A model generated the notes under the pieces. That model was not told where the DNA came from. It did not search any database and was given only the letters and a program-made list of their open reading frames with translations. A program made the translations under genes and the position numbers. From an uncultured Holophaga sp. (GTDB lineage: Bacteria > Acidobacteriota > Holophagae > Holophagales > Holophagaceae), in contig OY761614.1 in the NCBI GenBank assembly GCA_963664825.1, forward strand, positions 384,001 through 448,000: a stretch of DNA of 64,000 nucleotides, written 5' to 3'. Of the stretch, positions 21,204-29,015 are shown piece after piece (within the stretch, counting starts at the first letter, position 1; every line of letters starts with the position of its first letter).

Positions 21204-21251
21204 CCACCATATTTAGTGTTGACACGAGACCCACACCACCACATCTTGTAG
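21204..21251 (+). promoter_or_regulatory. Tandem NrdR boxes overlapping a sigma70-like promoter
   Basis: ccaccatatttagtgt (21204-21219) and ccaccacatcttgtag (21236-21251) resemble acaCwAtATaTwGtgt and are 32 bp apart. TTGACA at 21219; candidate -10 CATCTT at 21242. Confidence 0.8.
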
Positions 21252-21254
21252 ATA

Positions 21255-21430
21255 TTCTTGGTGGATCCGGTCCCGTCCGGATCTGAAAAGGGAAGCCGGT
21301 GTGAGTCCGGCGCTGCCCCGCAGCGGTATTAGAGAACGACGGTTCCCATGCACTGGCCTCGCGAAGGCTGGGAAGCGGAACCGGAGGAACCTGGGTTTCC
21401 AGAATGCTCTTGAGTCCGAAGACCTGCCAA
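21255..21430 (+). promoter_or_regulatory. Cobalamin (B12) riboswitch
   Basis: AAAAGGGAAGCCGGTG..AGTCCGGCGCTGCCCCGCAGCGGT, CACTG...GGGAAG, and B12 box GAGTCCGAAGACCTGCC, upstream of nrdD. Confidence 0.93.
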
Positions 21431-21594
21431 GGATCCGCCCTCCGGGCGGAGTGATCTGTCTCGTGGGAAGACGGTTGCTTCCACAGCCTGTTTCGGATCC
21501 TGGGTCACCATCCCAGTGGTGTGTTTGCTGTTGAACCTTCGGTTCCTTGGCAGGGCACCGTCTAGGGCGGAGCCTACCCATCAGAGGAGTTCCC

Positions 21595-23739
21595 ATGCCT
21601 GTTACCTGCGGTCTTCATCCGGCCCCCTGCAACGGTCCGGAACTCTTCCTCCCAGTCACCGTGCGCAAGCGGGAAGGCGGGTTCACTCCCTTCGATGCAA
21701 CGCGCATCCACGCGGCCATCCTGCGGGCGGGTCAAGCCAGCGGAGAGTTCGGCGATGATGAAGCCCATGCGCTCACGATGAGCGTCGTCAAGGATCTCGC
21801 GGGGGACGAGGGTGCCGAACCACCCCATGTGGAGGAGATCCAGGACGCCGTGGAGCGGGCCCTCAGCGCGGCCTGTTTCATCCGCACCGCGCGCGGGTAT
21901 GCGGTCTACCGTGAACAGCGCGCCCGACTTCGCCAGGACAAGAAGACTGTCGTGGACGTGACAACCTCTGTGAACGAGTATCTCGACCGCCTGGATTGGC
22001 GTGTTAACGCCAATGCGAACCAGGGCTATTCCCTGGGAGGGCTAATCCTCAACGTATCGGGCAAGGTCATGGCCAACTATTGGCTAAGCCACGTCTACCC
22101 ATCCGAGGTGGGCGAGGCGCATCGGAGCGGCGACCTCCATGTCCACGACCTGGACATGCTCTCGGGCTACTGCGCCGGATGGTCCCTCCGCACGTTGCTC
22201 TTCGAGGGACTGAACGGCGTGGTAGGCAAGGTGGAGGCCGCCCCTCCGAAACACTTCTCCAGCGCGGTAGGACAGATCGTGAACTTCCTGGGGACCCTCC
22301 AGAACGAGTGGGCCGGGGCCCAGGCCTTCAGTTCCTTCGATACCTACATGGCCCCCTTCATCCGGAAGGACAGCCTGCCCTACAGTGAAGTGCGACAGTG
22401 CATCCAAGAGTTGATCTACAACCTGAACGTCCCTTCCCGATGGGGCACCCAGACGCCCTTCACGAACCTCACCTTCGACTGGAACTGCCCGGAGGATCTG
22501 GCGGACCAAGTGCCCATCATCGGGGGCCGGGAAATGCCCTTCACCTATGGCGAGCTCCAGGCCGAGATGGACATGATCAACCGGGCCTACATCGAGGTGA
22601 TGATGGCGGGGGACGCCAAGGGTCGAGTCTTCACCTTCCCCATCCCCACCTACAACATCACGAAGGATTTCCCATGGGAGTCCCCCAACGCGGATCTGCT
22701 CTTTGAGATGACGGCCAAGTATGGGTTACCCTACTTCCAGAACTTCCTGAACTCGGATCTGGAACCCCGCATGGTGCGCTCCATGTGCTGTCGTCTCCAG
22801 TTGGATCTGCGGGAACTCCTGAAACGCGGCAACGGCCTCTTCGGCAGCGCCGAACAGACAGGCTCCGTGGGAGTCGTGACCCTGAACTGTGCGCGCCTGG
22901 GCCACGTGCACCGTGGGGACGAGGCGCGTCTCTTCCAGCGGACGGACGAACTGATGGCCATCGCGCGGACGAGCCTCGAGATCAAACGCAAGGAAGTGCA
23001 GCGCCTCATGGACAGTGGGCTTTTCCCCTACACGAAGCGCTATCTGGGCACGCTCCGCAACCACTTCTCGACCATCGGCGTGAACGGCATCCACGAGATG
23101 ATCCGCAACTTCACAGGGGATGCCGAGAGCATCACCACTCCTTGGGGCAAGGCCTTCGCCCTGCGCTTCCTGGACCATGTCCGCGCCCGGATCACGGCCT
23201 TCCAGGAGGAAACGGGTCATCTATACAACCTGGAGGCCACGCCCGCGGAAGGCACCACGTACCGCTTCGCAAGGGAGGACCTCAAGCGATTCCCTGGCAT
23301 CCTCCAGGCAGGTACTCCCGAGACACCCTACTACACAAATTCCTCCCAGCTCCCGGTGGGTTTCACGGACGATCCCTTCGAGGCCCTGGAGCACCAGGAG
23401 GAACTGCAGCGGAAGTACACCGGTGGAACGGTGGTCCACCTCTACATGGCGGAGCGGATCAGTAGCGCAGAGTCCTGCAAGCGGCTAGTGCGAAAGGCCC
23501 TTGGTCGCTTCGCTATCCCCTATCTCACCATCACTCCCACCTTTTCAATCTGCCCCTCCCACGGCTACCTCCCGGGCGAACAGGTCCTTTGCCCTCAGTG
23601 CGCATGCCTTGGTCAGGAACAGGCCTGCGAGGTGTGGACTCGGGTCATGGGATACCACCGCCCCACCTCCTCCTTCAATACGGGAAAGAAGGGCGAATAC
23701 GCGGAGCGCACACCCTTCCTGGAACCCGTGGAGGTCTAG
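21595..23739 (+). CDS. nrdD: Anaerobic (class III) ribonucleoside-triphosphate reductase with N-terminal ATP cone
   Basis: VRKREG...FDATRI ATP cone, HVHDL, YCAGWS, SMCCRL, EATPAE, CPSH...CPQC metal site, glycyl-radical motif RVMGY. AGAGGAG RBS before ATG 21595. Confidence 0.96.
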   Translation: MPVTCGLHPAPCNGPELFLPVTVRKREGGFTPFDATRIHAAILRAGQASGEFGDDEAHALTMSVVKDLAGDEGAEPPHVEEIQDAVERALSAACFIRTARGYAVYREQRARLRQDKKTVVDVTTSVNEYLDRLDWRVNANANQGYSLGGLILNVSGKVMANYWLSHVYPSEVGEAHRSGDLHVHDLDMLSGYCAGWSLRTLLFEGLNGVVGKVEAAPPKHFSSAVGQIVNFLGTLQNEWAGAQAFSSFDTYMAPFIRKDSLPYSEVRQCIQELIYNLNVPSRWGTQTPFTNLTFDWNCPEDLADQVPIIGGREMPFTYGELQAEMDMINRAYIEVMMAGDAKGRVFTFPIPTYNITKDFPWESPNADLLFEMTAKYGLPYFQNFLNSDLEPRMVRSMCCRLQLDLRELLKRGNGLFGSAEQTGSVGVVTLNCARLGHVHRGDEARLFQRTDELMAIARTSLEIKRKEVQRLMDSGLFPYTKRYLGTLRNHFSTIGVNGIHEMIRNFTGDAESITTPWGKAFALRFLDHVRARITAFQEETGHLYNLEATPAEGTTYRFAREDLKRFPGILQAGTPETPYYTNSSQLPVGFTDDPFEALEHQEELQRKYTGGTVVHLYMAERISSAESCKRLVRKALGRFAIPYLTITPTFSICPSHGYLPGEQVLCPQCACLGQEQACEVWTRVMGYHRPTSSFNTGKKGEYAERTPFLEPVEV

Positions 23740-23740
23740 C

Positions 23741-24493
23741 ATGCCGGAGCTGGATATTGGTGGGTTCGTGAGTTTCAGCACCGTGGATTACCCCGGCATG
23801 CATGCGGCCGTGGTCTTCTGCAAGGGCTGCGCCTGGGCCTGCCGCTACTGCCACAACAGCCATCTCCAGGGTCCCGGCGGGCCTCAGTTCTCCTGGGAGG
23901 AGGTGCTTCGCGTGCTGGCTCGGCGCCAGGGCGTGCTGGATGCCGTGGTCTTCTCCGGCGGAGAACCGACCCTCCAGCCCGGCCTCGTCGAGGCCATCCA
24001 TCAGGTCAAGACCATGGGTTTCCGTGCAGCGCTACACACGGGCGGAAGCCACCCGGAACGTTTGGCCCGCACCCTGCCCCTGCTCGACTGGGTGGGCTTC
24101 GATCTCAAGGCGCCCTGGTCCAGCTACGGACAAGTGACAGGCATGCGTGGCAGCGGGCAGGCTGCAAAGGAGAGCCTGGCATACCTGCTGGCAAGCGGTG
24201 TGCCCTTTGAACTGCGCACCACGCTCCACGGGGATCTCCTCAGCCCCAATGACCTGGAATACTTGGCGGAAACGGCCGCAGAGTGTGGCGATCTGGAATG
24301 GGTGATCCAACCCTTCCGACCCCAGGGCTGCCGGGACGAAGGCCTCCTCGCCCGCGCCGAGCCCTCCCTTTCCCCGGCCCATGCCAAGGTGCTGGCCCAG
24401 GCCCGGCTCCGCTTCCCTCGCACATCCATTTCTGTGAGGGGCGACGGATCTCCCACATTCAATCATCCACAACCCATCAGGAGATCCGCATGA
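23741..24493 (+). CDS. nrdG: Anaerobic RNR activating enzyme (radical SAM)
   Basis: STVDYPG, CAWACRYCHN (CxxxCxxC), FSGGEPTLQ, FDLKAP; immediately follows nrdD. Confidence 0.93.
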   Translation: MPELDIGGFVSFSTVDYPGMHAAVVFCKGCAWACRYCHNSHLQGPGGPQFSWEEVLRVLARRQGVLDAVVFSGGEPTLQPGLVEAIHQVKTMGFRAALHTGGSHPERLARTLPLLDWVGFDLKAPWSSYGQVTGMRGSGQAAKESLAYLLASGVPFELRTTLHGDLLSPNDLEYLAETAAECGDLEWVIQPFRPQGCRDEGLLARAEPSLSPAHAKVLAQARLRFPRTSISVRGDGSPTFNHPQPIRRSA

Positions 24494-24579
24494 CAGCTAC
24501 CTTGGCGCATTCAGAACAGTAAATCACCCAGGAGGAGCTGGACCGGGCCATGGGCCAGATCGGGGCCGCCCTCACCTGA
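24490..24579 (+). pseudogene. Possible internally deleted gene remnant (class III aminotransferase-like C-terminus)
   Basis: ATGA-coupled to nrdG. Reads MTATLAHSEQ*ITQEELDRAMGQIGAALT* in one frame. Confidence 0.4.
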
Positions 24580-24666
24580 GTTCTCCCATCGCGAAACTCA
24601 TTCATGTTCGTCAGCGATTGGCGCTTCTTACGCTGCGCCGAAAGCCCTTTTCGATAACGGAACACC

Positions 24667-25272
24667 ATGGAATACACCTTTCTTTCTGCCACCATCCTCC
24701 TGATCCTGGTCACGGATCCTCTGGGCAACATGCCCCTGTTCATCGCGGCCCTGAGGCGGGTCCGGCCCGAGCGCCACAGGACCGTGATCCTCCGGGAATG
24801 CCTGATCGCCTTTGTGGCCATGCTGCTCTTCATGGTTTTTGGGCGGAAGATTTTGACCATCCTCAACCTGGGTGACGAGGTGCTCCGGGCCGCAGGCGGC
24901 GTGGTGCTCTTCCTCATCGCGGTGAAGATGATCTTTCCTGATCACGGCGTCAAATTGGGAGAGGATGAGGCACTGACCGAGCCCTTCATCGTACCCCTTG
25001 CCATCCCCCTGATCGCTGGCCCTTCGGCCATGGCCACCGCTATGCTCATCGCAGGTGGGAATCCCCACCGGATGATTGAATGGATCGCGGCCTTGGCCAT
25101 CTCCATCCTTGTGACGTTGGTCGTCTTTCTGATGGCCACACGGATCCAGAAGATCCTGGGCGAGCAGGTCATCACCGCACTGGAGCGCCTGATGGGGCTG
25201 GTGCTTACCGCCGTTTCCATCGAGATGGTGCTGCACGGCGTGGGCACCTACATCCGGCATGTGCAGCCCTGA
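24667..25272 (+). CDS. MarC family integral membrane protein
   Basis: DPLGNMPLF, AGGVVLFLIA, VPLAIPLIAGP, LERLMGLVL. Confidence 0.93.
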   Translation: MEYTFLSATILLILVTDPLGNMPLFIAALRRVRPERHRTVILRECLIAFVAMLLFMVFGRKILTILNLGDEVLRAAGGVVLFLIAVKMIFPDHGVKLGEDEALTEPFIVPLAIPLIAGPSAMATAMLIAGGNPHRMIEWIAALAISILVTLVVFLMATRIQKILGEQVITALERLMGLVLTAVSIEMVLHGVGTYIRHVQP

Positions 25273-25320
25273 GCCTACCTTGCACCCAACGAAACGGTTG
25301 CTCGTGGCCACACTCGGCCC

Positions 25321-25761
25321 CCTTCACTTCACCAGGAAGAGCCCCGCCGCCCCACCCACGGTGAGAAGGGTCCCGGCCACGGCCCGGGGCGTAATGGGCT
25401 CGCCGAAGCAGATCCTGGAGAGGGGCAGCAGGAAGATGGGCACGATCGAGAGCAGGGTGGAGGCCGGTCCCAGGGGGGCGTGATTGAGGGCGTAGAGGGC
25501 GAGAAAACCGCCTGCCAGGGGTCCCAGGGCCGTGCCCGTGAGGATCTGGACGCAGGTGCGCCCCCGACTCCAGGCGCCGGAAAGGTGGCACTGGCCCCGC
25601 AGGGCCAGGTAGACCAGGGAACCCACAGCGCCTGCAGCCACGCGCACCACCAGGGCCGGGAAGGCCCCCACGCCGCAGGCCATGCCCTTGATGGCTGTGA
25701 ATTGGCCGAGGGATTGCCCCAGCGTCGCCCCGAGAGCCAGGAGGATGCCCCAGGTCCTGGA
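25321..25761. repeat. Imperfect direct repeat, copy B (inside the intact EamA gene)
   Basis: About 93% identical to 20721-21161. Confidence 0.95.
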
Positions 25762-26223
25762 GCGGCCGGAGGCCCGCTCATCGGGTCCGGCCACCACCAG
25801 CGCGATGCCTGAGAGGGTCACGAGGATGGCGCCAAGCTTGGCCGGGGAAAGGCTCTGGCCCAAGAAGGCCCAGGCCAGGGCCGCGCTGAGCACGGGAGCG
25901 AGCGTCTGGATCAGCATGCCCAGGTGTGGGCCGATCTCCACGAAGGATTCCAGCCCCAGGCCATCGGCCAGCGCGAAGCCGATGAGGCCCGAGAGCAGCA
26001 GCCAGAGCGTCCGGCCGGAGCCCAGTCCCAGGGGCCAGGCCGTGCCCTTGAGGATCCAGTGCAGGATCACCAGGAAGAGGGCGGCCAGCAGCAGGCGCAC
26101 CGCGTTGACGATCTGGGCGCCGATGCGTCGAGAGGCGGCGGTGAAGACCGTCACCGTGATGGCCCACAGGAAGGCCGCCCCCAGGGCCGCGGCCTTGCCC
26201 GCCATCGCATCGTCCATGCCCAT
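25324..26223 (-). CDS. DMT/EamA family transporter
   Basis: About 10 TM helices in two EamA repeats (LAWAFLGQSLS; FGEPITPRAVAG). Confidence 0.9.
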   Translation of the reverse strand: MGMDDAMAGKAAALGAAFLWAITVTVFTAASRRIGAQIVNAVRLLLAALFLVILHWILKGTAWPLGLGSGRTLWLLLSGLIGFALADGLGLESFVEIGPHLGMLIQTLAPVLSAALAWAFLGQSLSPAKLGAILVTLSGIALVVAGPDERASGRSRTWGILLALGATLGQSLGQFTAIKGMACGVGAFPALVVRVAAGAVGSLVYLALRGQCHLSGAWSRGRTCVQILTGTALGPLAGGFLALYALNHAPLGPASTLLSIVPIFLLPLSRICFGEPITPRAVAGTLLTVGGAAGLFLVK

Positions 26224-26268
26224 CGCCCTACCCTCTACCCTTACCCAATCCTAGCGGGATAAGGAATC

Positions 26269-26293
26269 AAAAAAGCGGCTCCCGGAGCCGCTT
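26269..26293 (-). terminator. Rho-independent terminator downstream of the S9 peptidase
   Basis: Stem aagcggctc-ccg-gagccgctt followed by a U-tract on the minus strand. Confidence 0.75.
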
Positions 26294-26359
26294 CCCAAAG
26301 CATCGTTCTACTTCCTTGGTTGGCGCAAAAGAGCGCCGGGAGCCAGGGGGCGCTGTCCC

Positions 26360-28879
26360 TCAGGGCCTCGCCGAAGGGGCGTTCTTCACGTAGGCGTCGA
26401 ACCAGCGCAGCATCTCGAAGACCAGCTGCTCGTTGGATTCCCGGGCCGTGTACCAGTGCGGCTCGTGGGGCAACATCACTAGGCGGGTGGTGCCGCCGTT
26501 GCCCCGGATGGCCTCGTACAGCTTGGTGGCCTGAAGAGGCGTGGTGCCGGGATTGGCGTCATCGGCGCCGTGGACGATCAAGAGGGGCGTCTTCAGTTTG
26601 TCGGCCGCAAAGAATGTGGACACCTTCCGGTAGACCTCGGGCGCTTCCCACACCGAACGGCGTTCACTCTGGAAGCCGAAGGGGGTGAGCGTCTTGTTGT
26701 AGGATCCGCTGGTGGCGGCCCCCGCTCGGAAGAGGTCGGAATGGGCCAGTAGATTGGCCGTCATCAGCGCGCCGTGGCTGTGGCCGGTGACGCCGATGCG
26801 CTCGGGGTCGGCCACGCCCAGCTCCACGGCCTTGTCCACGGCGGCCTTGGCGTCAGCCACCAGCTGTTCCAGGTAGGTGTCGTAGGCCTTCTTGGGATCG
26901 CCCACCACGGGAAAGGAGGCATTATCGATGAGGGCGTAGCCGGCCATGAGCAGCAGCCGGTATTCGTGCAGGCTCGTGAAGGTGTACTGGGAGCCCGAGA
27001 CCTGGCCGGCCTTGGAGGGATCGGCATAATCCAGCGGATAGGCGTAGAGGATCGTCGGGACCCGGGTGCCTTCCTTGTATCCCGGAGGCGTGTAGAGGGT
27101 GAAGGAGAGGTCCACCCCATCGGCGCGCTTGTACTTCACCAGGCGCTTCTGGATCTGGCGCACCGCTGGCGTCGGATCGGGGATGCGAGTCAGGGCTGTG
27201 CGCTGGGAGGCGAAGGTGGCCTCACCTAGGGAAGCCTTGAGAGCGGCCCCCTGGGTGCGGATGAAGGCATTGGGCGGATCCACCGGCGACTGGTGCCAGG
27301 TGAGGAACCGCTTGGAACCGGGCCCTGTGAAGGCGAGGAAGCGCTCGTATTCGGCCGTACCGCTGCGGAACAACCGCTCGGTCTTCAGGGTGCGCAGATC
27401 CAGCCGGTCCAGGAAGGGCCGGTTCCCCACGGGAGAGGCCCCATTGCCGGAGAGGAAGATGGAATCACCCTCCTGGCGCAGCACGGCCGTCCCGTTCGGC
27501 ATTCGGCGCCAGACCGGGCTGCCCGGATTGGCGTACTGCTCGTCGGTCGAAAGATCCCATAGCAGCCGGGGAGCCTGCTTCGCATCGTCGAAATTGACGA
27601 TGAAGGTGCGCCGCCAGTGGCGGTTGTTGTCGTAATCGTAGAGCAAGGCCAGGCTGGGTTTCTCGCTCCAGGCCAGGCCCGAGTAGCGCTGTTCGGTGCG
27701 GAACACCTCCGCCGGGGCCGCAGTGAAGGGGGCCTTCTGGACCATGATTTTGTCCCGCTGGGGCACCTTCACGTTCCAATCGCCCCCATCGAGGGCCTCG
27801 GCCCACAGGAGGGTGGCTGGGTCCGTGGCGCGCCAGGAGAAGTCGCGGGGTCCCAGGGGTTCTCCGTTGATCGGCACCCGATCGGCCAGGGGCAGGGAGG
27901 CGATGCCATGCCGCATCACGCTGGATCTCGAGGCGATATCCCACACCTCCACCTGCCGGGGGAAGCGCTCATAGGTCGTGAGGTAGGAATAGGGCTTGTG
28001 GAGGGTGGAGACCAGGATATGGCGCCCGTCCGGGGCCGGATCGAGCTGCAGGTAGCGGTCCGGCTGGCCGAGGGGCGTGATGGCGCCGCTTCCAGCATCG
28101 ACCAGACCGATCTGGGAGGTGCCGTAGTAATCGAAGAGGTCCTCGTCATGGGCATTGCCCAGGGTGTCCCGGGTCTCGTAGGTGCTGCTCTGGCCTTTGC
28201 CGCCCAGGGACTCCTGGATGCTGGGCCCGACGGGAGATTCGGAAGCCACCGGCGGAGGGGCCATCCGCTCCGGCACCAGCTTGACCAGCAGCGTCTTCTG
28301 GTCGGGCATCCACTGCACCGTGTCCTCGAGCATCGGGTTCAACCGGGCCCCCGGAATGCGGCGCAGGGCGCCGGTCTCGGCATCGCCCACCCAGAGTTCC
28401 ACGGAATCGGAGGCCACGTTCTCGAAGGCGAAGCGCCGCCCATCGGCGCTCCAGAGCGGCGCCCCCGGATCGCCGCCCTGGGGCAGCTTGACGTGGATCA
28501 CGGCCCCATCGGCCACGCGCACCAAATCGTACGTGCGGGCGGCGGGATTGATGCCGTATCCACCGGGCGTATCGTGCTTGCTGTGGTTCTTGGGCTCGAT
28601 GCGCACGCCCGCCAGGCGCAGGAAGGGCGTGGCCACGCGTCCGATGGAGGGGTAGCTCTCCCAGGACACCAGCAGGATGCGGTCATGGGTGGGATTCACA
28701 TAGGGCACCGGCGAGGACGGCGCGCGCATGACGTCCAGGATGGCCTGGGGGGGCTGACTGTAGCCCGAGGCCTTCCCGGCCACCTGGGCGAAGGCCCGAG
28801 GCGACAGGGTGCCTGCGGCCAGGAGGGAGGCGCCGCAAAACGCCGCTTTGCGGATTATTTCGGTTGACCAGAGCGACAT
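26360..28879 (-). CDS. S9 family (prolyl oligopeptidase-like) secreted peptidase
   Basis: Signal peptide, beta-propeller region, GHSHG nucleophile, HGADDANPGT, LPHEPH. Confidence 0.92.
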   Translation of the reverse strand: MSLWSTEIIRKAAFCGASLLAAGTLSPRAFAQVAGKASGYSQPPQAILDVMRAPSSPVPYVNPTHDRILLVSWESYPSIGRVATPFLRLAGVRIEPKNHSKHDTPGGYGINPAARTYDLVRVADGAVIHVKLPQGGDPGAPLWSADGRRFAFENVASDSVELWVGDAETGALRRIPGARLNPMLEDTVQWMPDQKTLLVKLVPERMAPPPVASESPVGPSIQESLGGKGQSSTYETRDTLGNAHDEDLFDYYGTSQIGLVDAGSGAITPLGQPDRYLQLDPAPDGRHILVSTLHKPYSYLTTYERFPRQVEVWDIASRSSVMRHGIASLPLADRVPINGEPLGPRDFSWRATDPATLLWAEALDGGDWNVKVPQRDKIMVQKAPFTAAPAEVFRTEQRYSGLAWSEKPSLALLYDYDNNRHWRRTFIVNFDDAKQAPRLLWDLSTDEQYANPGSPVWRRMPNGTAVLRQEGDSIFLSGNGASPVGNRPFLDRLDLRTLKTERLFRSGTAEYERFLAFTGPGSKRFLTWHQSPVDPPNAFIRTQGAALKASLGEATFASQRTALTRIPDPTPAVRQIQKRLVKYKRADGVDLSFTLYTPPGYKEGTRVPTILYAYPLDYADPSKAGQVSGSQYTFTSLHEYRLLLMAGYALIDNASFPVVGDPKKAYDTYLEQLVADAKAAVDKAVELGVADPERIGVTGHSHGALMTANLLAHSDLFRAGAATSGSYNKTLTPFGFQSERRSVWEAPEVYRKVSTFFAADKLKTPLLIVHGADDANPGTTPLQATKLYEAIRGNGGTTRLVMLPHEPHWYTARESNEQLVFEMLRWFDAYVKNAPSARP

Positions 28880-29015
28880 GGGGACCTCGGGGCTTGGGGT
28901 TTACGTATTGCATGTTCCATCAGAGTCTCCCAGCAACCGGGGCGTCCGGAGGATGGGAGTGCTGGATCAGGTTAGACTATGAGACCATCGCGTCACGATG
29001 CCTAGGGGTGCCTTC

